From: Candidatus Saccharimonadales bacterium
Lineage (GTDB): Bacteria; Patescibacteriota; Saccharimonadia; Saccharimonadales; JAYRRP01
DNA length: 64,000 bases
Reading direction: 5' to 3'
Assembly: GCA_041910055.1 (NCBI GenBank)
Contig: JAYRRP010000003.1
Location: forward strand, 45,973-109,972
The translations under genes were made by a program, and so were the position numbers. The number at the start of each line of letters is the position of its first letter. Within the stretch, counting starts at the first letter, position 1. Shown here one piece after another: positions 8,263 to 16,378 of the stretch. The notes under the pieces are model-generated. The model made no database searches. It had not been told where the DNA came from and saw nothing but the letters and a program-made list of their open reading frames with translations.

Positions 8263-8908
8263 TTAGCAAGGGGACGAGAACATTATCAATTCCCCAAATC
8301 CCAATGTTTTCTGTAAGAGTGGCCGCCAATGGCAACCAGATTAGTAATGGAATTGCTGCGCTGGTCAAGGTCGGGTCCAGCGTGACGGTAAGTGAAACAA
8401 TAGCCAGCGAAGCAACCCAGAAAGCTAAGGTACCGGCCATAGATTTGGATTGCTTTCCAATATGATAAGTATTGTCTTTCCCAAAATGACCGCCGACAAT
8501 AGCAGCCAACCCATCAGCAATACTGAGATGTAATATCGCGGCTGTAAAAATGCCCTTGGAAGTAGTCAGCGTTGCGGCCAGGCCAACCCCAATTGCAAAT
8601 AATGCTTCCCCCCAAGTGGTACGCCCTACCCCATGAATCGACTTGAAGACATTGTACCGTTGCGAAATTAAAACTACGGCCAAAAAGCCTAAACTGATTA
8701 TTTGGATGGCACGAAAACTCATAAAGTAGGGCCAGAAAGCCACAAAAGTGCCGACGGTAAGATGAACAAATTTACGGGCTTCTTCGCCGCGAAGTTTTTT
8801 GTGTCGCCATAACCACTCGGAGAAAATGAGGAGGCCAAAGACTACTGAAATCGCGAACGCGATCTGCACCATGCTAAGTATTAAACTGCAGCCGATATCT
8901 GAACGCAA
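8225..8908 (-). CDS. CTP-dependent polyprenol (dolichol/phytol) kinase / phosphatidate cytidylyltransferase-family membrane protein
   Basis: Motifs ARKFVHLTVG, IADGLAAIVGGHFGK and KSMAGTLAFW on a polytopic scaffold. The 3' end overlaps the ATPase 3' end by 38 nt (convergent). The start could be the internal MVQIAF. Confidence 0.7.
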   Translation of the reverse strand: MRSDIGCSLILSMVQIAFAISVVFGLLIFSEWLWRHKKLRGEEARKFVHLTVGTFVAFWPYFMSFRAIQIISLGFLAVVLISQRYNVFKSIHGVGRTTWGEALFAIGVGLAATLTTSKGIFTAAILHLSIADGLAAIVGGHFGKDNTYHIGKQSKSMAGTLAFWVASLAIVSLTVTLDPTLTSAAIPLLIWLPLAATLTENIGIWGIDNVLVPLLIIAALSSLQLLS

Positions 8909-8952
8909 GCATAATGGTCTAATACGCTACTGTTTATAGACCAGAGACGACT

Positions 8953-8961
8953 TGATACAAT
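8953..8961 (+). promoter_or_regulatory. Extended -10 (TGATACAAT), 7 nt upstream of ATG 8969 (leaderless candidate)
   Basis: TGA-TACAAT-ATCTATT-ATG, with no SD. Confidence 0.35.
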
Positions 8962-8968
8962 ATCTATT

Positions 8969-9343
8969 ATGCTTACTGCCATTTCGCTATTCCGCTGGTG
9001 GTATGGTTCTGGTTGGCTTTGGTGTATCAATCAAGGCAAAAACCAGATCAGCGGATTGGTAGATCAATTCTCAGTATTCACCTTATTGAGAACCTTAGGC
9101 GCGCCCTGGAAACAAATTATCAGCCGCCCAACCCAACAAACTGGATTGGACACAAAGTTCCGGGCTGTTATTGACAACATGGTGTCACGCATCGTTGGCT
9201 TTGGAGTGCGCAGTATTGTGCTCATCGCTGCTGGCCTGCTTATTTTATTTTGGACAATTGTGAGTGGGGTGACAATCCTGGCATGGCCATTCATACCGCT
9301 ATCTCCATTGGCTTTACTCCTCGCATCGGTGGGAGTGTTATAG
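8969..9343 (+). CDS. Small membrane protein, stop overlaps the start of the Clp-like gene
   Basis: 124-aa ORF with a C-terminal pair of hydrophobic helices. The TAG stop (9341-9343) shares its G with the downstream GTG. Confidence 0.55.
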   Translation: MLTAISLFRWWYGSGWLWCINQGKNQISGLVDQFSVFTLLRTLGAPWKQIISRPTQQTGLDTKFRAVIDNMVSRIVGFGVRSIVLIAAGLLILFWTIVSGVTILAWPFIPLSPLALLLASVGVL

Positions 9344-11775
9344 TGCAAGTCGAATTTGACATAAATAACCCAAGGGTTAGGAAAGCCCGTTTAGGTGCAA
9401 GGCTCAGTAAACCAATGCGTCTTGCCTTTCTCAAGTTTACAGTTGCCTTGTTGCTAGTCGGCATGATCTTTGTCGTCATTACTGGTCATAAGTTCGGCTA
9501 TCTCCTTGGCATACCAGCAATACCATTACTTATGGTGTGGGTATGGTACAAAGGAGAGTTGCAGGCTCTGCCTCCCACCTTTCAACCAAACGCGACAGTC
9601 ATCAAATTGCATGAGGCACTTGATGCGAGAGTTGTCGGACGATTGAAGACCAGTCAACCTTCTCCGTATGACATATGGAAAGCCGTCAATGGGATGTGGC
9701 GGCAACAGTTTTTCTCCGTACGGTTCGGCATTGGTACGGATATTTTCGAACAATCTTTGAGCCGCGACCCTACGCACACACCAGTAATTATCGAGCAAGC
9801 CGTTCACTTCGCCGAAATCGAGCAGCAATCCGGCATCAGTGGCTCCGCACTCACAGTTGCCTTGCTCTTTAGTATCCAAGGATATGAGTCTTACTTGCAA
9901 CAATTGCAACTTGAGCCTGACGATATTGTCGCCGGGCTAAGATGGCAACAACGTATAGTGGCCATACTTGGTTACTTGGCTGAGCGACACAGTGCAGGCG
10001 GCATCGCACGGGATTGGACTGCAGGCTATACCCCACTATTGAACCAAGTTGGGCATAATGTGAGCCAAGAAGTACAACTCAACAAAGGGTTGCTTCTCCA
10101 TGATACCGAGAGCCATCAGCAGACTATCCAGCAGCTGGTCGGTTTCCTGAAGCAAGGTTCACGTAATAACGTCGTGCTTGTCGGTGATGTGGGGGTTGGC
10201 AAAACAACCGTTGTAAAAGCTTTTGCGCGCAATCTCTTATTTGATAGGGATGTCCCTGAGGAAATCAGATATGCCCAAGTATTCTCGCTGGATGCGGCGG
10301 TCATACTCGCTAACACCAAAGGCAGAGCAGCGCTTGAAGATATCGTCTTGCGTATTCTCAATGAAACTTACCATGCAAAAAATATCATCCTCTTCTTAGA
10401 CGACGCTCAGCTATTCCTAGAGGAAGGCACTGGTTCCGCCGATTTGAGTAACCTGCTCTTGCCAGTTATGCAGGCTGGTAATCTGCGGATTGTATTATCA
10501 ATGACCCCGCAACAATGGCAGCATCTTTCCGCCCACAATTCGGCATTGGCGGGATTGCTGAACGCAGTTATGGTCCAACCGCCTACCCAGGAAAATATTA
10601 TGAATATCATGGAAGACCAGGTGCTCTTAGTTGAGTACCATCATAAAGTAACTTTCATGTATCAAGCCATCCAGGAAGCGTACCGTCTGGCTGACCGCTA
10701 TATGTCCGACACCGCTTTTCCGGGTAAAGGTATCCGTTTGCTGGAAACGGCAGTCAACAATGCAGCAGGAAGCTTAGTCACTGCTGAGTCAGTACAAAAA
10801 AGCATCGAGAGTTCACTGGGAGTCAAGGTCTCTAAAGCCACCCACACCGAGAAACAACAGTTGCTGCATCTGGAAGACGAACTGCATCAACGCATGATCA
10901 ATCAATCCCGTGCGGTACAAGTGGTGTCTGACGCACTGCGCCGTTCACGTAGCGGTGTGGGCAACCCAAACCGGCCAGTCGGCACCTTCTTATTCCTAGG
11001 ACCAACTGGTGTCGGCAAAACAGAACTTACAAAGGCACTGGCCGATGCGTACTTTGGCGGTAAAGAGCATATGGTCCGTGTTGATATGAACGAATACGTG
11101 CAAAGCAGTGACGTAGAACGATTGCTTGCCAGCAGTGCTGCAGAAAACACCAACAGCTTCTTGAGCCAGATGAAGCGAGACCCCTTCAGCGTGGTCTTGT
11201 TTGATGAAATTGAGAAGGCCCATCCCGATATCGTGAATACCCTTCTACAGCTTATAGATGAAGGTAGGATTCGTGACAGCGATAACCGTGAAGTCTCCTT
11301 CCGCGACGCTATTATTATTGCTACTTCAAACGCCGGAGCAAATGAAATCCGCCAACGTATTGAGGCTGGCCAGAACCTAGAGACTTTCGAGCAGGAATTT
11401 ATAGACCAGCTCGTAGCTACAAATCAATTCAAGCCAGAGTTTCTGAACCGCTTTGACGAAATCGTCTTGTTCAGACCCCTTAATAAAACCGAGCTACTCC
11501 AAGTAGTTGAATTGCTTATTCAAGAAGTAAATGTAACCCTTAACCGTCAAAAAGTCCGGGTAGAACTTACAGATGCTGCCAAACAATGGATAGTCGATAA
11601 TGGTTATGATGCGCGGCTCGGTGCCCGACCGATGCGCCGAATGGTACAGCGATCGGTTGAGAATATTGTTGCCAAACGCTTGCTGCAAACCGATTCAGCA
11701 GCCGGTAATGTCTTTACGCTGGATGTCGCCGAACTCGCCGCGGAACATAGCGCATCATCAAAACCAACCTCCTAA
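9343..11775 (+). CDS. Membrane-anchored two-ring AAA+ Clp/Hsp100-family ATPase (ClpA/B/C-like, no M-domain)
   Basis: Two N-terminal TM helices and a Clp_N-like repeat region. D1 Walker A is GDVGVGKTT, with Walker B FLDDAQ. D2 Walker A is GPTGVGKTE, with Walker B VVLFDEIEKAH and ARPMRR. Start set to GTG 9343, but the exact start is uncertain; the 9250 start of the ORF track lies inside the upstream gene. Confidence 0.85.
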   Translation: MQVEFDINNPRVRKARLGARLSKPMRLAFLKFTVALLLVGMIFVVITGHKFGYLLGIPAIPLLMVWVWYKGELQALPPTFQPNATVIKLHEALDARVVGRLKTSQPSPYDIWKAVNGMWRQQFFSVRFGIGTDIFEQSLSRDPTHTPVIIEQAVHFAEIEQQSGISGSALTVALLFSIQGYESYLQQLQLEPDDIVAGLRWQQRIVAILGYLAERHSAGGIARDWTAGYTPLLNQVGHNVSQEVQLNKGLLLHDTESHQQTIQQLVGFLKQGSRNNVVLVGDVGVGKTTVVKAFARNLLFDRDVPEEIRYAQVFSLDAAVILANTKGRAALEDIVLRILNETYHAKNIILFLDDAQLFLEEGTGSADLSNLLLPVMQAGNLRIVLSMTPQQWQHLSAHNSALAGLLNAVMVQPPTQENIMNIMEDQVLLVEYHHKVTFMYQAIQEAYRLADRYMSDTAFPGKGIRLLETAVNNAAGSLVTAESVQKSIESSLGVKVSKATHTEKQQLLHLEDELHQRMINQSRAVQVVSDALRRSRSGVGNPNRPVGTFLFLGPTGVGKTELTKALADAYFGGKEHMVRVDMNEYVQSSDVERLLASSAAENTNSFLSQMKRDPFSVVLFDEIEKAHPDIVNTLLQLIDEGRIRDSDNREVSFRDAIIIATSNAGANEIRQRIEAGQNLETFEQEFIDQLVATNQFKPEFLNRFDEIVLFRPLNKTELLQVVELLIQEVNVTLNRQKVRVELTDAAKQWIVDNGYDARLGARPMRRMVQRSVENIVAKRLLQTDSAAGNVFTLDVAELAAEHSASSKPTS

Positions 11776-11822
11776 AGTCTCAGATATCATTGAGTCAAAT
11801 CTGGCACGCAGTTACATAAAAA

Positions 11823-11849
11823 CTCCAGGCTGAGGCCTGGGGTTTTATT
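11823..11849 (+). terminator. Rho-independent terminator after the Clp-like gene
   Basis: CTCCAGGC-TGAG-GCCTGGGG followed by TTTTATT. Confidence 0.7.
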
Positions 11850-11864
11850 GTAATATTAAGATTA

Positions 11865-12464
11865 ATGAAAGACCTTTTACTGCTTCTATCAGCGCTTATT
11901 ACAATTGGCGGTGTAGTACCTTATATTCTTGACATTCTTAAGGGCAAAACCAAGCCTAATATTGTCTCTTGGATTACCTGGACGCTTCTTACAGGATTGG
12001 CAACCGCCGCATTGATAGCAGCACATGAATACCGAGCAGCTTTCTTCACGGGAGCTGCAGTGATTGAGACGGCATCGGTTGTAATACTTGGGCTAAGACA
12101 TGGGTACGTTAAGTACACTCAATTTGATGTAATATGCCAAATTGCAGCAGTCGTTGGACTAATCCTGTGGCAGATATTTAACACACCATTCATAGCAGTC
12201 TTCGCTGCCGTAACAATAGATCTCATAGGCGCATTACCTACCTTCAGACACTCCTGGCAAAAACCATTTGAAGAAACTTGGACTACCTATGCTTTATCGG
12301 GTATTGGAGCGTTGGTAGCATTGTTCGCCCTTGTGTCTTACAACTGGACAAGTCTTTCATACCCCGTGTATATAGTTCTTGTAAACATACTTATTACTAC
12401 TACTATCCTCATTGCGAGAAAAGTTAGCTTACAGAAAAACAGTACCCATTCTCGTACAAAATGA
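11865..12464 (+). CDS. Polytopic membrane protein (about 6-7 TM), unknown function
   Basis: 199-aa hydrophobic ORF placed between two terminators. Confidence 0.65.
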   Translation: MKDLLLLLSALITIGGVVPYILDILKGKTKPNIVSWITWTLLTGLATAALIAAHEYRAAFFTGAAVIETASVVILGLRHGYVKYTQFDVICQIAAVVGLILWQIFNTPFIAVFAAVTIDLIGALPTFRHSWQKPFEETWTTYALSGIGALVALFALVSYNWTSLSYPVYIVLVNILITTTILIARKVSLQKNSTHSRTK

Positions 12465-12493
12465 AAAATAGCAACTAAAAGATTGCTGTTTTT
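12464..12493. terminator. Bidirectional A/T-flanked hairpin terminator
   Basis: AAAAATAGCAA-CTAAAAGA-TTGCTGTTTTT. It sits between the 11865 gene and the displaced tRNA-Pro 3' fragment. Confidence 0.6.
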
Positions 12494-12496
12494 CAT

Positions 12497-12514
12497 TGGT
12501 CGGGGTGAGAGGAC
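12497..12514. repeat. att direct repeat, distal copy (TGGTCGGGGTGAGAGGAC)
   Basis: Perfect 18/18 match to 19901-19918, which is the 3' end of tRNA-Pro. Confidence 0.8.
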
Positions 12515-12576
12515 AGCGCTCGGGCTCACGCGCCGTGCTAACCTCCGATGTCGTCGGTTCAATTCTGGTACCATCA

Positions 12577-12612
12577 TGCAAAAAGCTCAGGCTTTGGTCT
12601 GAGCTTTTTGCA
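12577..12612. terminator. 14-bp-stem bidirectional hairpin at the left edge of the element
   Basis: TGCAAAAAGCTCAG-GCTTTGGT-CTGAGCTTTTTGCA. The core is GCTCAG/CTGAGC, flanked by an A-run and a T-run. Confidence 0.55.
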
Positions 12613-12754
12613 TGGTCGGGGGTAACAGATTTTTCTCAAACTTTAGATTTGATAATCCGCCAACGCCAAAACCTTAACATTATGGTAGAACGTCTGACTG
12701 CTGTTAGCAAATATGACGATAAGAAATTATCACTAATAAGTCTATAATGGTGGT

Positions 12755-12961
12755 ATGGGAAATCTGTATGAACAGACACAAACTCTGCAATATATTAAGG
12801 ATATGATTGTTCTAGACCCAGTGGGTAAGCCCTCAGATAGTACTCCATTGGAAGAAAGGCTAAAAAACTACCCCAAAGATCTAAATCCAATAGACAGTCC
12901 TGCGACAGTATTCTGGCACGTAAAAGACAAGCCCCCTAAGGATAAAAGAAGCAAAAAATAA
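12755..12961 (+). CDS. Hypothetical small protein (68 aa), Lys-rich C-terminus
   Basis: ORF preceded by TATAAT (12743-12748) at N6 from the ATG. No recognisable family. Confidence 0.4.
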   Translation: MGNLYEQTQTLQYIKDMIVLDPVGKPSDSTPLEERLKNYPKDLNPIDSPATVFWHVKDKPPKDKRSKK

Positions 12962-13057
12962 CTTAGCGTAAGTTAGCTCAAACTTGTACTAGTGTGGACC
13001 GAAAACAAGACTTGCCTTGTTGCAGAGTTATAAACTATTATTAGTGTACAAACGTTA

Positions 13058-13108
13058 GTGCTTATGCTTGTACCGCTTAAAAGCACCAGAGTGTACAAGC
13101 AAGAGCAC
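13058..13108. repeat. 16-bp imperfect inverted repeat with 19-nt loop
   Basis: GTGCTTATGCTTGTAC ... GTACAAGCAAGAGCAC, with 14 Watson-Crick pairs, one G-U and one mismatch. Intergenic inside the element. Confidence 0.5.
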
Positions 13109-13129
13109 CGAAAAGAAACGACTCCCTAA

Positions 13130-13444
13130 CTATTCACGAGTAGAGGGAGTCTTTTTATATGCGTAAACGAACTTTGTTGTGTGGTCGCCACCACCAGGAC
13201 CGCCGTCAGTGCCAAGTCGTTCAATGAAGAACAGTTCAACATTACGGGCTGCCGTTTGGTTGCCAGCATCACGGTAAATCCAGTAGCCGTTGTCTTTATC
13301 AACGTTGTGGTCAACAAAGAGCCGTTGTTCTGGTGCCGATGCAATGCCAACATACCAATCAGCATAACGGGGATGTCGGAGCTTTATGTGCTCGTCTATA
13401 GCAACCGCAGTCTGCTGTTCAACAGGTGTCAGTGTAATTTGCAT
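13130..13444 (-). CDS. Small protein with weak GIY-YIG-like signature
   Basis: 104 aa. WYVGIASAPEQRLFVDHNV resembles the YIG...RL..H segment of GIY-YIG/T5orf172-type domains. The assignment is tentative. It is divergent from the repressor gene. Confidence 0.55.
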   Translation of the reverse strand: MQITLTPVEQQTAVAIDEHIKLRHPRYADWYVGIASAPEQRLFVDHNVDKDNGYWIYRDAGNQTAARNVELFFIERLGTDGGPGGGDHTTKFVYAYKKTPSTRE

Positions 13445-13568
13445 ATTTGCCTTTCTGATTTTTTACCTTATACCCCCGTACGACCTCTGCTCTCTGGTTT
13501 GCAGTTCGGGTTACTACAAAATATATAGGATTTTAACAGATGAGTCAAGCCAATCAAGACGATTAAGA

Positions 13569-13596
13569 TTGACAACATCATCAAAACGACTATAAT
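13569..13596 (+). promoter_or_regulatory. Near-consensus sigma70 promoter TTGACA-N16-TATAAT of the repressor gene
   Basis: Hexamers read directly, followed by the AGGGGTGA SD and ATG 13607. Confidence 0.65.
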
Positions 13597-13606
13597 TAGG
13601 GGTGAT

Positions 13607-14239
13607 ATGCACGAGCTACAGAGTAAAATACTTGAGCTAGCCGAGAATAACCAGCTTGATGGGATGAACCTTAGGGACATTGGTGATTCTGTTGGTGAAA
13701 ACCACCTACAGAAGGTCAAACATCACCTTAACCAACTACTAGCAAAGAACTTCATTGGCATTGACTCAAATGGTAACTACAGGGTTATTAAAAGTGGTCA
13801 AAATCAGCTTAGGAGCGGGGGCATTATTAGTATTCCTATCTATGGGGCTGCTAATTGTGGTCCCGCCGAAATCTTTGCAGAAGATAACTTAGAGGGTTAC
13901 CTTGAAGTCTCCGAGAAACTAGTAAAATACAGCCAAAGCCTAATAGCACTCAGAGCCGTTGGCGACTCTATGAACCGATCAAACCTTTCAGGCAATGCTA
14001 TTGACGCTGGAGACTACCTTATTATTGACACTGATGACAAGAGACCAAAAGACGGAGACTATGTACTGTCCATATTCAACAATATGGCGAATATAAAAAG
14101 ATTCTTTTTTGATAAGATTACAGGCACAGTTACTTTGGTATCTGAATCAAATAGAGCCATCCCACCAATAGTTGCCGACCCAGATGACGATTATATGGTG
14201 GCTGGTAAAGTGCTAAGAGTAGTTAAATCATACTCTTAG
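13607..14239 (+). CDS. LexA/CI-like repressor: N-terminal winged-helix domain plus C-terminal S24 self-cleaving peptidase
   Basis: S24 Ser motif AVGDSMN, Lys motif ANIKRF, and a candidate cleavage region GAANCGP between the domains. Confidence 0.85.
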   Translation: MHELQSKILELAENNQLDGMNLRDIGDSVGENHLQKVKHHLNQLLAKNFIGIDSNGNYRVIKSGQNQLRSGGIISIPIYGAANCGPAEIFAEDNLEGYLEVSEKLVKYSQSLIALRAVGDSMNRSNLSGNAIDAGDYLIIDTDDKRPKDGDYVLSIFNNMANIKRFFFDKITGTVTLVSESNRAIPPIVADPDDDYMVAGKVLRVVKSYS

Positions 14240-14240
14240 A

Positions 14241-14489
14241 CTAAATGTCTTGCTTTCTTTCCTTGTACATATCGTAGATTAACTTTGCTAGAGCTTCCGC
14301 ATCTTCTTTTCGTTTATCCCTGATCACAAGGTCGTCTAATTGTTTCTTGGTTATTGGCTGGTAGACAGTTTTTACCTGCAATAACAGCATCGTAAGTTTT
14401 TTACGTGCAATCTGATAGTCCAGCTCTTTCCCAAACTTAGATTTGTATAAGTCTTGAAACTTTTTTACGTCTTTTTCGGTTATCTCCAT
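14241..14489 (-). CDS. Hypothetical small helical protein (82 aa), Lys/Glu-rich
   Basis: Its stop lies 1 nt from the repressor stop (convergent). It is divergent from dcm. No family recognised. Confidence 0.5.
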   Translation of the reverse strand: MEITEKDVKKFQDLYKSKFGKELDYQIARKKLTMLLLQVKTVYQPITKKQLDDLVIRDKRKEDAEALAKLIYDMYKERKQDI

Positions 14490-14587
14490 CCGTCAATTCT
14501 GCACTAAATGTACCTATGTTGTAAAATGCTAATGCTGTCTTTTTTACGTCATATTCGTCCGTAAGAATACGCTATACTATAAGCACT

Positions 14588-15640
14588 ATGAGACAACAAC
14601 AATTACTGGACAATACTGCACCATTTGCCCCAAAAAACGGCAAGAAAACTTCGTTTACTTTTATAGACTTATTTGCAGGTATCGGTGGTACACGCCTTGG
14701 TTTTGAATCTGCTGGTGGAAAATGTGTATTTACATCTGAGTGGGACATACACGCACAAAAAACATATCAGGCTAATTTTGGCGATATTCCTCACGGAGAT
14801 ATAACAAAGATAGATGCTAATGATATACCTGACTTTGATGTACTACTCGGAGGTTTCCCTTGTCAGCCATTTAGTTCTATAGGCAAACGGCAGGGTTTTC
14901 AGCATACAACCCAGGGCACATTGTTCCACGACATAGCAAACATAATAGACATTAAAAAGCCGAAAAGTTTTATGCTTGAAAACGTGCCTGGCTTACTAAC
15001 GCACGATGGTGGTAACACGTTCAGGGTGATTTTAGATAGTCTTGATGACCTCGGCTACAAAGTCTGGTATAAGGTATTAGACTCCTCACATTTTGGTGTT
15101 CCTCAGCAAAGAAAACGAATCTACATAGTGGGTTTTAGAAAAGACCTTATTGAGAAGGGGTATGAGTTTGTGCATCCCGTTGGCAAAAACAACAAGGTTT
15201 ATATCAACAAGTTCATTGAGAAAAACGTTGAAGGCTATTCAATCTCAGAACATTTGCAAAAAACCTATATGTACAAGAAGGACGACGGCAGACCAATGCT
15301 GGTTGACCAAAACTCTAAAGTCCACGTTAAAACTCTAGTTTCTACTTATCACAAGATACAGCGACTTACTGGCACATTCGTGAAGGACGGTCCAACGGGG
15401 CTACGGTTATTTACGGTGGATGAGTGCAAGGCGATAATGGGCTTTCCTCCTAACTTTGTAGTGCCTGTTTCAAGAACTCAAATGTACAGACAGTTTGGTA
15501 ATTCCATAGTTGTCCCTGTTGTTGAAGCAGTCGCAAAGGAATTATCTAAAACTCTGAAAGTTATTGAAGCAAATGAAAAAAAGGCTATTAAAGAGATTGA
15601 GAGTATTAAGCCAGTCTTAGCTGACGCATTATCAGCCTAA
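14588..15640 (+). CDS. dcm: DNA (cytosine-5)-methyltransferase
   Basis: Motifs I FAGIGG, IV GFPCQPFS, VI ENVPGL, VIII QQRKR, and X QFGNSIVVPV. Confidence 0.93.
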   Translation: MRQQQLLDNTAPFAPKNGKKTSFTFIDLFAGIGGTRLGFESAGGKCVFTSEWDIHAQKTYQANFGDIPHGDITKIDANDIPDFDVLLGGFPCQPFSSIGKRQGFQHTTQGTLFHDIANIIDIKKPKSFMLENVPGLLTHDGGNTFRVILDSLDDLGYKVWYKVLDSSHFGVPQQRKRIYIVGFRKDLIEKGYEFVHPVGKNNKVYINKFIEKNVEGYSISEHLQKTYMYKKDDGRPMLVDQNSKVHVKTLVSTYHKIQRLTGTFVKDGPTGLRLFTVDECKAIMGFPPNFVVPVSRTQMYRQFGNSIVVPVVEAVAKELSKTLKVIEANEKKAIKEIESIKPVLADALSA

Positions 15641-16212
15641 CTTATATGACCGTCAATGCCGAAACGATCGTAAGTTTCTAGAATCGCCTTACAGAAATCT
15701 ATCATTTCCTTATCGCCTTCCGACTTAGCGTTGGCTTGGAGACGTAAGAACATTTTTTTACCCATTTCTGACTGACCATAGGTTTTTTTCTGGAAATTAT
15801 GCTGTGCACAAAGCGTTTGTCCGTTTTCTATTGTTGCTTTACCGTCATATTCTTTAGGTTTTACGTGGTCAATTTGAAGTTCTACGCCATTCTCTTTACC
15901 CCGCCCACAGATAACACACTTGTAACCATCTCTTTCCAGTATCGCCTGTTTTTGCACAGGTGTGAAATCCTCAAGTTCTCGCTTGATAACGTATTCAGGG
16001 TCATATTTGTAGATACCCTTACCGACCTTTATAAGTAAGCCTTCTTGAGCCATTTTGCGAATTGCACGGTCTGGGTCACGTAGTATTTTGCCAGTTTGTT
16101 TGTTGTATTCTTGAGTTGCCCAATCTACCGCTTTTGAATGGGGTATATTTTGCTTGGGGCGGTCCTTGTAGTATTGCAATATCAGTGTGGCTTGCGAAAT
16201 GTTATTAGTCAT
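15637..16212 (-). CDS. HNH endonuclease, probable cognate restriction enzyme
   Basis: C-terminal CVICG...QIDHVKP...NGQTLCAQHN HNH/zinc motif and an N-terminal winged-helix-like domain. Its 3' end overlaps the dcm 3' end by 4 nt. Confidence 0.82.
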   Translation of the reverse strand: MTNNISQATLILQYYKDRPKQNIPHSKAVDWATQEYNKQTGKILRDPDRAIRKMAQEGLLIKVGKGIYKYDPEYVIKRELEDFTPVQKQAILERDGYKCVICGRGKENGVELQIDHVKPKEYDGKATIENGQTLCAQHNFQKKTYGQSEMGKKMFLRLQANAKSEGDKEMIDFCKAILETYDRFGIDGHIS

Positions 16213-16333
16213 TAGTAAAAAGTATACTTCAACACCTTATATATAAAAATCATCTTGTCAAAAACCGTTAAGAAAATGCAGATTGACACAGGTTTACTAT
16301 TATGGAAATATAATTGAATTAACAGAGGTCATT

Positions 16334-16342
16334 TGCTATAAT
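16334..16342 (+). promoter_or_regulatory. Extended -10 (TGCTATAAT) upstream of the MgsA_C-like gene
   Basis: TGnTATAAT lies about 37 nt upstream of ATG 16379, which has a GGGGG SD. Confidence 0.4.
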
Positions 16343-16378
16343 ATAACTACATTCTTTAACAATTTGGGGGTAAAAATT

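Noticed and set aside
9250-9342. Upstream extension of the Clp-like ORF.
   Set aside because: It lies entirely inside the 8969-9343 membrane-protein gene in another frame. The GTG at the stop/start junction is the more parsimonious start.
12515-12576. Possible tRNA or tRNA pseudogene suggested by GGTTCAATTC.
   Set aside because: I could not build an acceptor stem or an anticodon arm on either strand, and the T stem would need three G-U pairs. Apart from the att repeat itself (12497-12514), the flanking sequence does not match tRNA-Pro beyond that 18-nt repeat.
12496-12747. 83-aa plus-strand ORF at the left edge of the element.
   Set aside because: It starts inside the att repeat and reads through a 14-bp-stem terminator hairpin. 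It has no SD and low-complexity content, so it is most likely non-coding.
16283-16378. TTG-initiated extension of the MgsA_C-like ORF.
   Set aside because: The TTG is part of a TTGACA hexamer, and the segment contains two TATAAT boxes. The downstream ATG has a proper SD.
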